Below, one piece after another: positions 29,630-38,251 of a stretch of DNA of 64,000 nucleotides. The translations under genes were made by a program, and so were the position numbers. This DNA comes from Burkholderiales bacterium. Its GTDB lineage: Bacteria > Pseudomonadota > Gammaproteobacteria > Burkholderiales > SG8-39. Positions within the stretch are counted from its first letter, which is position 1. Each line of letters opens with the position of its first letter. The notes below the pieces were generated by a model. It saw only the letters and a list, made by a program, of their open reading frames with translations. It was not told the origin of the DNA and ran no database searches. Location of the stretch: positions 5,403-69,402 of the forward strand of contig DATBLP010000008.1 in assembly GCA_036555245.1 (NCBI GenBank), given 5' to 3'.

Positions 29630-32623
29630 ATGTTGCTCACCAGGAAATCCGCTGGCGCTGCCGCTCATCTTTCTTCCGGTCGTAGCCGTCTGTCACGCAG
29701 CCTTTCGGGGATGCTGGCGAAGACGCTGGATCGTCGCGCCTTCCTGAAGCGCTCCGGCGTCGCCGTCGGCGCGGGGGCGTTCGCCACCCAGCTGCCGTTC
29801 AGCATGATCGGCAAGGCCGAAGCCCAGGTCAGGAGCGACGGCGGCAAGATCGAGGTGAAGCGCACGGTGTGCACTCACTGCTCGGTCGGCTGCGCGATCG
29901 ACGCCGTCGTGCAGAACGGCGTGTGGGTGAGGCAGGAGCCGGTGTTCGACTCGCCGCTCAATCTTGGCGCGCACTGCGCGAAAGGCGCCGCCGTGCGCGA
30001 GCACGGCATGACCGAGCACTCGCACCGCCTGAAATATCCGATGAAGCTGGTGAACGGCAAGTACCAGCGCATTTCCTGGGATACGGCGATCAACGAGATC
30101 GGGGACCGGCTGCTCGCGATCCGGAAGGAGAGCGGGCCGGACGCGACCTACTGGGTAGGGTCGTCCAAGCACAACAACGAGCAGTCCTACCTGATGTGCA
30201 AGTGGGTACGGCTCTTCGGAACGAACAACACCGACCACCAGGCGCGCATCTGCCACTCGACCACGGTCTCGGGCGTCGCCAACACCTGGGGCTACGGCGC
30301 GATGACGAACTCGTACAACGACATGCACAACACCAAGGCGGCGCTGTACATCGGCTCGAACGCGGCCGAGGCGCACCCGGTGTCGATGCTGCATTCGCTG
30401 CACGCGAAGGAAACGGGCGCGAAGATCATGGTCGCCGACCCGCGCTTCACGCGCACCGCGGCCAAGGCCGACCAGTACATCCGCATCCGATCCGGCACCG
30501 ACATCCCGTTCCTGTTCGGGGTGCTGCATCACATCTTCAAGAACGGCTGGGAGGACAAGAAGTACATCCACGACCGCGTCTACGGCATGGACAAGGTCAA
30601 GGAAGACGTGATGAAGAAGTGGACGCCGGCGGCGGTGGAAGAGGCCTGCGGCGTTCCCGAGGCCGAGGTCTTCAAGGTCGCCGAGACCATGGCGAAGAAC
30701 CGGCCGAGCACGATCGTGTGGTGCATGGGCCAGACGCAGCACTCGATCGGCAACGCCATGGTGCGCGCCTCCTGCATCCTGCAGCTCGCCCTCGGCAACG
30801 TCGGCGTCTCCGGCGGCGGCACCAACATCTTCCGCGGCCACGACAACGTGCAGGGCGCGACCGACCTCGGCCCGAATCCGGATTCGCTCCCGGCCTACTA
30901 CGGGCTCATCCCCGGAGCGTTCGGGCACTGGGCAAGGGTGTGGAACGTCGATCTCGCGTGGCTGAAGAAGCAGTACGCCTCCGAAGCGATGATGGGCAAG
31001 CCGGGCATCACGGTATCGCGCTGGATCGACGGCGTGCTCGAGAAGAACGAGAACATCGACCAGGATCCCAACATCCGCGCGATGGTGTACTGGGGCCATG
31101 CCCCGAACAGCCAGACGCGGGGCATCGAGATGCAGGCGGCGATGCACGCTCTGGATCTGCTGGTGGTGGTCGATCCCTATCCTTCGGCGACCGCCGCGAT
31201 GGCGGCGATGCCCCTCAACGAGCAGGGCATGCAGGTCCTGAAGACTGCGGGCAAGGAGCCGAAGAAGGACCGGGCCGTATACCTGCTTCCGGCGGCGACG
31301 CAGTTCGAGACCGAAGGTTCGGTCACGGCGTCGAATCGCTCTTTGCAGTGGCGCGAGAAGGTGATCGAGCCGCTGTTCGAGTCCAAGCCCGACCAGACGA
31401 TCATGTACCTGCTCGCCAAGAAGCTCGGCTTCGCCGATCAGCTGGTCGGAAAGAAGGACGGCAAGCAGAACATCAAGGTGAAGAACGACGAGCCGAACAT
31501 CGAGGACATCACCCGCGAGTTCAACAACGGCTCGTGGACTATCGGCTACACCGGGCAGTCCCCCGAGCGGCTGCAGGCGCACATGCGCAACATGCACGTG
31601 TTCGACGTGAAGACGCTGCGCGCCAAGGGCGGCAAGGACGCGAAGACCGGCTACGTCCTCGACGGGGACTACTACGGGCTACCGTGGCCCTGCTACGGCA
31701 ACGCCGCGCTGAAGCACCCCGGTTCGCACACCCTGTACAACACCCATCTGCACGTCATGGATGGCGGCGGCAACTTCCGCGCGAACTTCGGTATCGAGAA
31801 GGACGGCGTCAACCTGCTCGCGGAGGACGGCTCGCATTCGAAGGGTGCGGACATTACCACCGGGTACCCCGAGTTCGACCACGTGCTCCTGAAGAAGCTG
31901 GGCTGGTGGGACGAATTGACCGACGAGGAGAAGAAGGAAGCAGAAGGGAAGAACTGGAAGACCGACCTCTCCGGCGGTATCCAGCGCGTAGTGCTGAAGA
32001 ACCACGGCTGCCATCCGTTCGGCAACGCCAAGGCGCGCGCGGTCGTGTGGAACTTCCCGGACGGCATTCCTCAGCACCGCGAGCCGATTTACTCGCCCCG
32101 CGCAGACCTCGTCGCCAAGTACCCGACGCACGACGACAAGAAGGCCTTCTGGCGCCTGCCCACTCTCTACAGGTCGTTGCAGGAAAAGAACAAGGACATC
32201 GGCAAGACCTTCCCGATCGTCCTCACCAGCGGCCGTCTGGTGGAGTACGAGGGCGGCGGCGAGGAAACACGCTCCAACCCCTGGCTCGCCGAGCTGATGC
32301 AGGACAACTTTGTCGAGATCAATCCCAAGGCGGCGAACGACCGCAACATCAAGGACGGCGAGTTCGTCTGGGTAAAGACGCCGAGCGGCGCGCGGCTCAA
32401 GGTCAAGGCGCTGGTTACCGAGCGCGTCGGGCCGGATCATGCCTTCATTCCGTTCCACTTCTCGGGCTGGTGGCAGGGCACGGACATGCTGCCCTACTAC
32501 CCTGAGGGAGCGGCGCCGATCGTGCGCGGCGAGGCGGTCAACACCGCCACCACCTACGGCTACGACTCGGTGACCATGATGCAGGAAACCAAGACCACGG
32601 TCTGCCAGATCGAACGGGCATAA
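29630..32623 (+). CDS. fdhA: periplasmic formate dehydrogenase catalytic subunit, Cys-type molybdopterin enzyme
   Basis: ORF 29624..32623. ATG 29630 lies 7 nt after GAGGAGG. Tat motif DRRAFLKRSG and FeS motif CTHCSVGC. Active site HQARICHSTTV has Cys (TGC 30251-30253) where FdnG has Sec. Confidence 0.9.
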   Translation: MLLTRKSAGAAAHLSSGRSRLSRSLSGMLAKTLDRRAFLKRSGVAVGAGAFATQLPFSMIGKAEAQVRSDGGKIEVKRTVCTHCSVGCAIDAVVQNGVWVRQEPVFDSPLNLGAHCAKGAAVREHGMTEHSHRLKYPMKLVNGKYQRISWDTAINEIGDRLLAIRKESGPDATYWVGSSKHNNEQSYLMCKWVRLFGTNNTDHQARICHSTTVSGVANTWGYGAMTNSYNDMHNTKAALYIGSNAAEAHPVSMLHSLHAKETGAKIMVADPRFTRTAAKADQYIRIRSGTDIPFLFGVLHHIFKNGWEDKKYIHDRVYGMDKVKEDVMKKWTPAAVEEACGVPEAEVFKVAETMAKNRPSTIVWCMGQTQHSIGNAMVRASCILQLALGNVGVSGGGTNIFRGHDNVQGATDLGPNPDSLPAYYGLIPGAFGHWARVWNVDLAWLKKQYASEAMMGKPGITVSRWIDGVLEKNENIDQDPNIRAMVYWGHAPNSQTRGIEMQAAMHALDLLVVVDPYPSATAAMAAMPLNEQGMQVLKTAGKEPKKDRAVYLLPAATQFETEGSVTASNRSLQWREKVIEPLFESKPDQTIMYLLAKKLGFADQLVGKKDGKQNIKVKNDEPNIEDITREFNNGSWTIGYTGQSPERLQAHMRNMHVFDVKTLRAKGGKDAKTGYVLDGDYYGLPWPCYGNAALKHPGSHTLYNTHLHVMDGGGNFRANFGIEKDGVNLLAEDGSHSKGADITTGYPEFDHVLLKKLGWWDELTDEEKKEAEGKNWKTDLSGGIQRVVLKNHGCHPFGNAKARAVVWNFPDGIPQHREPIYSPRADLVAKYPTHDDKKAFWRLPTLYRSLQEKNKDIGKTFPIVLTSGRLVEYEGGGEETRSNPWLAELMQDNFVEINPKAANDRNIKDGEFVWVKTPSGARLKVKALVTERVGPDHAFIPFHFSGWWQGTDMLPYYPEGAAPIVRGEAVNTATTYGYDSVTMMQETKTTVCQIERA

Positions 32624-32647
32624 CAGGAAGAGGATAAGGAGACAACT

Positions 32648-33268
32648 ATGGCCAGAATGAAATTCCTGTGTGACGCCGAGCGCTGCATCGAGTGCAACGG
32701 CTGCGTGACCGCCTGCAAGCAGGAAAACGAGGTTCCCTGGGGGGTGAACCGCCGGCGCGTCGTGACCATAAACGACGGCGTGATCGGCGCCGAGAGGTCG
32801 ATCTCGGTAGCCTGCATGCACTGCTCGGACGCGCCCTGCATGGCGGTGTGTCCCGTGGATTGCTTCTACCGCACCGACGAGGGCGTAGTGTTGCACGACA
32901 AGGACCTGTGCATCGGCTGTGGCTACTGCTTCTATGCCTGCCCGTTCGGCGCGCCGCAGTTCCCGCAGGCGGGGGCATTCGGCCTGCGCGGCAAGATGGA
33001 CAAGTGCACCTTCTGCGCGGGCGGTCCGGAGAAGGATCTGTCGAAAGAGGAATTCTCGAAATACGGCTCCAACCGGCTCGCGCAGGGCAAGCTCCCGGCG
33101 TGCGCTGAAATGTGCTCGACCAAAGCGCTGCTCGGCGGCGACGGCGACGTCATCGCCGATATCTATCGCCAGCGCGTGCTGAAGCGCGGCAAGGGTTCGG
33201 AAGTCTGGGGATGGGGCACCGCGTATGGCAAGCCCGAGCAGAAGGCCGCGGCCGGAGCGAAATCATGA
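32648..33268 (+). CDS. fdhB: formate dehydrogenase iron-sulfur subunit
   Basis: ORF 32648..33268. Four-cluster ferredoxin motifs CIECNGCVTAC, CMHCSDAPC, CIGCGYCFYACP and CTFC. Confidence 0.9.
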   Translation: MARMKFLCDAERCIECNGCVTACKQENEVPWGVNRRRVVTINDGVIGAERSISVACMHCSDAPCMAVCPVDCFYRTDEGVVLHDKDLCIGCGYCFYACPFGAPQFPQAGAFGLRGKMDKCTFCAGGPEKDLSKEEFSKYGSNRLAQGKLPACAEMCSTKALLGGDGDVIADIYRQRVLKRGKGSEVWGWGTAYGKPEQKAAAGAKS

Positions 33269-33525
33269 AGAATCCCGGTAAAGCGGTTCTTCTCGGGGTG
33301 GCGCTCGCAGCGAGCGTGGCATTGGGCGCGTGCGGCGAGCGGGATCAGGTCACCGTCTACAAGCAGGGCAAGTACCAGGGCAAGCCCGACAGCCAGCCCT
33401 GGGACAACGATCCTGGCGCCAGTCTGTATACCAGTTCCAAATGGAACAAAGGCGACAAGACAAGCTGGGAGACCGCCGTCAAGACACGGAATCTCTCCCA
33501 GAACGAATATACCCGGGCCCAATAA
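33265..33525 (+). CDS. small lipoprotein (86 aa), unknown function
   Basis: Inside ORF 33112..33525. ATG 33265 overlaps the fdhB stop (ATGA). Lipobox LGAC after a hydrophobic signal. Confidence 0.55.
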   Translation: MKNPGKAVLLGVALAASVALGACGERDQVTVYKQGKYQGKPDSQPWDNDPGASLYTSSKWNKGDKTSWETAVKTRNLSQNEYTRAQ

Positions 33526-33540
33526 GGAGGGAAGCAGCTC

Positions 33541-34557
33541 ATGAAACCGGTCGCGGTTTTTGGGCGCATCGCGCTCGCGCTCGCGCTGTTTCTGCCGCTC
33601 GGCGGAATCGCGCAGCAGCAGGAGACGCAGCAGCAGCGTGCGCAGTCGCAACCTTACAACAACGCTCCCGTATGGCGGGACGTTCGCTCGGGGAAACCGG
33701 AGTACACGTCCATCAAGGGACGGGAGACGGGCGTGCTGGTGCAGACCTACGGCGAAACCTGGAGGCAACTGCGCAACGCCTGGGTCACGCCAATCGGCGG
33801 ATGGCTGATCGCGCTGGTTGCGGCGACCATCGGCGTTTTCTACTGGCGCAGGGGGCCGGTGAAGGTGCATTCCGGCCCGACCGGGCGGCTGATCGAACGC
33901 TTCACCGCGCTTGAGCGGTATGCGCACTGGGTGATGGGCATCAGTTTTGCCGTTCTCGGCGTCACCGGGCTCATCATGTTCGTCGGGAAATACGTGCTCC
34001 TTCCGGTGATCGGCTACACGCTCTTCGCCTGGCTGACGCAGCTCTCCAAGCATCTGCACAACTTCGTCGGGCCGCTGTTCATCCTGAGCCTGCTCGTGTT
34101 CATCGTCATGTATGTCAGGGACAACCTGCCCCGGTCCTACGACTTCGCGTGGTTTGCCAGTGCCGGTGGGATGTTCGGCGGCAAGCACGTTCCTTCTGGC
34201 AGGTTCAATGCGGGCGAGAAAGTCTGGTTCTGGATCGGGGTGGTCGTTCTCAGCCTCGTCGCCAGCGCGAGCGGCCTCATCCTGGACTTTCCCAATTTCG
34301 ACCAGGTGCGCGCGGTCATGATCGAAGCCAACGTCGTGCACGCAATCTCGGCCTGCGCCGTGATGGCGATGTCGCTCGGTCACATCTACATGGGAACGAT
34401 AGGCGTGGATGGGGCCTACGAGTCGATGCGCTACGGCTACGTGGACGAGGCCTGGGCAAAGGAGCACCACGAGCTCTGGTACAACGATGTGAAGTCCGGA
34501 AAGGTCAAGGCAGGGACGGCGACCGGCGCCCCGGTCTCGCCGCAGGCCCAGCACTAG
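33541..34557 (+). CDS. fdhC: formate dehydrogenase gamma (cytochrome b) subunit with N-terminal periplasmic extension
   Basis: ORF 33541..34557. Signal peptide, four TM helices, and conserved His positions (ERYAHW, KHLHNF, HAISA, GHIYMG). Confidence 0.85.
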   Translation: MKPVAVFGRIALALALFLPLGGIAQQQETQQQRAQSQPYNNAPVWRDVRSGKPEYTSIKGRETGVLVQTYGETWRQLRNAWVTPIGGWLIALVAATIGVFYWRRGPVKVHSGPTGRLIERFTALERYAHWVMGISFAVLGVTGLIMFVGKYVLLPVIGYTLFAWLTQLSKHLHNFVGPLFILSLLVFIVMYVRDNLPRSYDFAWFASAGGMFGGKHVPSGRFNAGEKVWFWIGVVVLSLVASASGLILDFPNFDQVRAVMIEANVVHAISACAVMAMSLGHIYMGTIGVDGAYESMRYGYVDEAWAKEHHELWYNDVKSGKVKAGTATGAPVSPQAQH

Positions 34558-34574
34558 AGAGGAGAGATCGCTCC

Positions 34575-34823
34575 ATGAAGACGAGAATCGTACTTGCAGC
34601 CTGCGTGCTGATGGCGTTTGCAGGAGCCGCCTGGGCGAAACTACCCCCGGCGCCGCCCGCGGATCCGGCCAAGGCCGCCGAGGCGAAGAAGACCGCCGAT
34701 GCGAACGCCAAGAAGGAAGCCGACTTGCTCGGAAAATCTCAGGACAAGGCGGTGGCAAACTATCGCAAGAACAAGGGTATCAAGGGCGCTCCGGCCCCGG
34801 CCAAGGCGGGCGCCAAGAAGTAG
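34575..34823 (+). CDS. small secreted Lys/Ala-rich protein (82 aa)
   Basis: Inside ORF 34149..34823. ATG 34575 follows GGAGAG. Signal peptide MKTRIVLAACVLMAFAGAAWA, then low-complexity PAKAAEAKK...AKAGAKK. Last ORF before a strong terminator. Confidence 0.5.
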   Translation: MKTRIVLAACVLMAFAGAAWAKLPPAPPADPAKAAEAKKTADANAKKEADLLGKSQDKAVANYRKNKGIKGAPAPAKAGAKK

Positions 34824-34857
34824 CGCAGAATCCGAATCCCCCGCGGATTCGTCGAGG

Positions 34858-34899
34858 CAAAAAGGGCGCGTAAAGGCGCCCTTTTCATTTGGGTTTTTC
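34858..34899 (+). terminator. intrinsic terminator of the Cys-FDH operon
   Basis: GGGCGC (34864-34869), a 6-nt loop, GCGCCC (34876-34881), then TTTTCATTTGGGTTTTT. A weaker GAATCC/GGATTC hairpin lies at 34834-34850. Confidence 0.75.
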
Positions 34900-34975
34900 T
34901 GTTCGGCCGGGTCTGCTACCCGGTCGATGCAATATACTTTCCTCATCGGCGACTGGCGAGCCTCGTTGACGTCCA

Positions 34976-35326
34976 ATGGCAAAGGCGCGAGCGCAGTTCC
35001 ATCTGCGTGTCCTGAAGGGCAATATCAGGGCGATCGGTCCAGGAAAGATCGCGCTTCTGGAGGCGATCCGGGATACCGGATCGATCTCGGCCGCGGCGCG
35101 CCGGCTCAGGATGTCGTACCGCCGAGCCTGGGTCCTGGTCGACGATCTCAATCGGTGCCTTTCGAAAACCGTCGTTGAAGCAGCGCCGGGCGGCAAACAC
35201 GGCGGCGGCGCGACGCTGTCGCCGACCGGCCGAAAACTGATCGCTCTCTATCGGGACATCGAGCGGAAGGCCCTGCGGCATACTTCCTCCGCGACCCGGG
35301 CGCTCCTCGGGTTACTCGCAAAATAG
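34976..35326 (+). CDS. ModE N-terminal-domain-only regulator (wHTH, no Mop domains)
   Basis: ORF 34976..35326. Sequence TGSISAAARRLRMSYRRAWVLVDDLN...GGKHGGGATLSPTGRKL parallels E. coli ModE residues ~20-100. The protein ends at 116 aa. Confidence 0.75.
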   Translation: MAKARAQFHLRVLKGNIRAIGPGKIALLEAIRDTGSISAAARRLRMSYRRAWVLVDDLNRCLSKTVVEAAPGGKHGGGATLSPTGRKLIALYRDIERKALRHTSSATRALLGLLAK

Positions 35327-35364
35327 ACCTGGCATCCGAAGGGGAGGACCGTCTTTCCAACTAG

Positions 35365-35388
35365 CGCTATATATGTCAGGATATAGCG
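35365..35388. promoter_or_regulatory. ModE-type operator palindrome upstream of modA
   Basis: CGCTATAT-ATGTCAGG-ATATAGCG is a perfect 8-bp inverted repeat. It contains the TATAT/ATATA cores of ModE operators and ends 25 nt before the modA ATG. Confidence 0.6.
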
Positions 35389-35413
35389 ACTTCCGATCCG
35401 TCAGTAGACCGAG

Positions 35414-36163
35414 ATGCGCTTGACCGTTGTTTGCGGCCTCTTGCTGGGCCTATCGCTCGTGGTCGGCAAGGTGGCCGTGGCTGAAACCGTCACGGTGTTT
35501 GCCGCTGCAAGCCTGAAGGATGCGCTCGATGAAAACCTGAGGGTGTATCAGGCCAGGAGCGGTGACAGGATTGTCGTGTCCTATGCGGCCAGTTCGGCGC
35601 TCGCGAAGCAGATCGAGGCCGGTGCGCCAGCCGACGTTTTCATTTCGGCGGACCTTGATTGGATGGATTACCTCGAGCAGCGCCGTCTCATCAGGAGTGG
35701 TACGCGGCTGAACCTGCTCAGAAACCGCCTGGTGCTGATCGCGCCGGCGGACAGCACAACATCGGTGAAAATCGAACGGGGATTCCCGCTCGCCAGGATT
35801 CTCGGGGACGGCCGCTTGGCCATGGCCAACCCCGATGCCGTGCCCGCCGGCAAGTACGGCAAGGCGTCTCTGCAGGCTCTCGGGGTCTGGAAGGAGGTTC
35901 AGCCGAAGGTGGCGGCGGCAGAGAACGTGCGAGCGGCGCTGGTTCTGGTCTCCCGCAGAGAGGCGCCGCTCGGAATCGTGTATCGGACCGATGCCGCGGT
36001 CGAGCCACGGGTCCGGGTCGTGGGAGAGTTTCCCGAAAACTCTCACCCGCCGATCATCTATCCGGCCGCGATCACGGCGACGGGGAAGAGCGCCGCGACC
36101 GCCTTTCTGCATTCGCTCGGCGCACCGGCTGCGCGCGCCCTCTTTGAGAAGTACGGCTTCTGA
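35414..36163 (+). CDS. modA: molybdate ABC transporter substrate-binding protein
   Basis: ORF 35414..36163. Signal peptide, then FAAASL, YAASSALAKQIEAGAPADVFISAD and VPAGKYGK motifs. Confidence 0.9.
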   Translation: MRLTVVCGLLLGLSLVVGKVAVAETVTVFAAASLKDALDENLRVYQARSGDRIVVSYAASSALAKQIEAGAPADVFISADLDWMDYLEQRRLIRSGTRLNLLRNRLVLIAPADSTTSVKIERGFPLARILGDGRLAMANPDAVPAGKYGKASLQALGVWKEVQPKVAAAENVRAALVLVSRREAPLGIVYRTDAAVEPRVRVVGEFPENSHPPIIYPAAITATGKSAATAFLHSLGAPAARALFEKYGF

Positions 36164-36270
36164 GTTTTACAGGCGGCAAGCCCGCGATGGACGACGGTAC
36201 TCACTGACGGACAGGCCGTTCCGCTCATCTGGTAACCTCTAATGGTATTTTCGATGCGTGACAACTCGGA

Positions 36271-36981
36271 ATGAGCTTGACCGCCGAGGAGTTGGAGATT
36301 CTGCAGCTCAGTCTGCGCGTTTCGCTGTGGAGCGTGCTTGTCAGTCTCCCGTTCGCCGTGGCGGTGGCCTATTTGCTGGCGCGCGCCAACTTTCCCGGAA
36401 AGACCTTGTTCGACGCGGCCGTGCATCTGCCGCTCGTGCTGCCGCCGGTCGTTGTCGGATATTTCCTGCTGCTTCTCTTCGGCAGGCGCGGGCCGATCGG
36501 AGCGCTGCTCGACGACTGGTTCGGCGTCGTGGTGATGTTCAAGTGGACCGGTGCTGCGCTCGCTGCCGGCGTGATGGGTTTCCCGCTGATGGTGCGTGCG
36601 GTCCGCCTGTCCTTTGAGGCGATCGATCGCAAGCTGGAAGCCGCGGCGAGCACGCTGGGCGCCGGGCCGCTCGCGGTATTCGCCACGGTGACCCTGCCGC
36701 TCGCGCTGCCCGGCATTCTCACCGGCATGCTGCTCTCCTTCGCGCGCGGCCTCGGCGAGTTCGGCGCGACCATCACCTTTGTTTCCAACATTCCGGGCGA
36801 AACCCGCACCCTGCCCCTCGCCATCTACACGTACACGCAGGTTCCGGGCGGTGACGAGTCGGCGTTGCGTCTCAGCCTGCTGGCCGTGGCGCTCTCGCTC
36901 GCAGCGCTGTTCGTCTCGGAAGTGATGGTGCGTCGGGCCACGCGCAGGATCATGGGCGATGACTCTGACGGTAGACATTGA
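36271..36981 (+). CDS. modB: molybdate ABC transporter permease
   Basis: ORF 36271..36981. EAA-loop region EAAASTLGAGPL and ModB-like TM pattern. Confidence 0.9.
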   Translation: MSLTAEELEILQLSLRVSLWSVLVSLPFAVAVAYLLARANFPGKTLFDAAVHLPLVLPPVVVGYFLLLLFGRRGPIGALLDDWFGVVVMFKWTGAALAAGVMGFPLMVRAVRLSFEAIDRKLEAAASTLGAGPLAVFATVTLPLALPGILTGMLLSFARGLGEFGATITFVSNIPGETRTLPLAIYTYTQVPGGDESALRLSLLAVALSLAALFVSEVMVRRATRRIMGDDSDGRH

Positions 36982-38047
36982 GCGCAGACTCGGCTCGTTC
37001 CGGCTGAAAACCGCCTTTTCGGCCGGAAAAGGAGTTACCGCGCTGTTCGGCCGCTCCGGGGCGGGAAAGACCTCGGTTGTCAACGCCGTCGCCGGTATCC
37101 TGCGTCCGGATCGCGGGCGCATCGACATCAACGGCGAGGTGGTCTTCGATGACGAGCGCGGCATCGACGTGCCGACGCCGAAGCGCCGCATCGGCTACGT
37201 GTTCCAGGAAGGGCGCCTGTTCCCGCATCTCAGCGTGCGCCAGAACCTGGGCTACGCCGGGCTTTTCTCGCGCGGCATGCCTGCGTCCGAGTTCGGGCAC
37301 GTGGTCGAGCTGTTGGGACTGCGTGATCTGCTTGAGCGCCGACCGGGCAATCTGTCGGGTGGCGAGAAGCAGCGGGTCGCGATCGGGCGGGCACTGCTCT
37401 CGAGCCCGCGGTTGCTGCTGCTCGACGAGCCGCTCGCCTCGCTCGACGCGCACCGCAAGGACGAAGTCCTGCAATACATCGAGCTGATCCGCGACGAACT
37501 GAAGTTGCCCATCGTCTATGTGAGCCACGCGGTGGAGGAGGTCGTGCGCCTGGCCGATACGGTCGTGCTGCTCTCCGCCGGGAACGTGGCTGCGGTCGGC
37601 CCAGCCGAGGAGATCATGGGGCGTCCGGACTTGCGCGCGTCGACCGGTGCCTTCGAGGGCGGGGCAGTGATCGAGGCGACGGTGGTCGAGCAGGATGTGC
37701 AAGACGATTTGGCGACGCTCCAATTCGACGGCGGCACGCTGACCGTCCCCAACGTGGACGCCCTGATCGGCGAGCCGGTTCGCGTGCGCATCCGCGCCCG
37801 CGACGTTTCCATCGCGCTCGAGCGGCCGCAGCATATCAGCGTTCAGAACGTGCTGGCGGGAACGCTCTCGGAGATCGGTCCGGAGCGAGGCGGGATCGTC
37901 GACGTGTCGATCGCGGTCGGCTCGACCACGCTGCGCTCCCGCGTGACGCTGCGCGCGGCGCGTCAACTGGAGCTCGCGGCGGGAATGACCGTATACGCGC
38001 TGGTGAAGGCGGTCTCTCTCACTCGCGCTGGGCCGGGACCGGCTTAG
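36959..38047 (+). CDS. modC: molybdate ABC transporter ATP-binding protein with C-terminal TOBE domain
   Basis: ORF 36959..38047. Motifs GRSGAGKTS, LSGGEKQRVAIGRAL and LLLDEP, with a C-terminal TOBE-like beta domain. Confidence 0.9.
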   Translation: MTLTVDIERRLGSFRLKTAFSAGKGVTALFGRSGAGKTSVVNAVAGILRPDRGRIDINGEVVFDDERGIDVPTPKRRIGYVFQEGRLFPHLSVRQNLGYAGLFSRGMPASEFGHVVELLGLRDLLERRPGNLSGGEKQRVAIGRALLSSPRLLLLDEPLASLDAHRKDEVLQYIELIRDELKLPIVYVSHAVEEVVRLADTVVLLSAGNVAAVGPAEEIMGRPDLRASTGAFEGGAVIEATVVEQDVQDDLATLQFDGGTLTVPNVDALIGEPVRVRIRARDVSIALERPQHISVQNVLAGTLSEIGPERGGIVDVSIAVGSTTLRSRVTLRAARQLELAAGMTVYALVKAVSLTRAGPGPA

Positions 38048-38251
38048 CCGCTCCGTTGACTGGGCTTCGTGCCTATCTCAATAGGCTGAATCCTTCATAT
38101 TGCGCTCCCTACCGATTTGCACCGGAAAGCTAGTTCATATTTTTGTGGAACCCGAAGGCTGTTATGGTGAACCCCACAGGCAGCGCATCGAACGCTCGCC
38201 GAGCGGGAATCAGCTCTGGATGCGCGCCACGGTTTGACGAGGAGGGGCCGG

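Noticed and set aside
29693-32505. 634-aa minus-strand and 878-aa plus-strand alternative-frame ORFs inside fdhA
   Set aside because: The frame starting at 29630 carries the Tat signal, FeS motif and molybdopterin-enzyme motifs. The others are low-complexity Arg/Gly/Asp-rich shadows.
38234-38251. TTG 38234 as the fdnG start
   Set aside because: The GAGGAGG Shine-Dalgarno at 38239-38245 lies inside this extension and is correctly spaced for ATG 38252, which gives [10 protein letters not shown].
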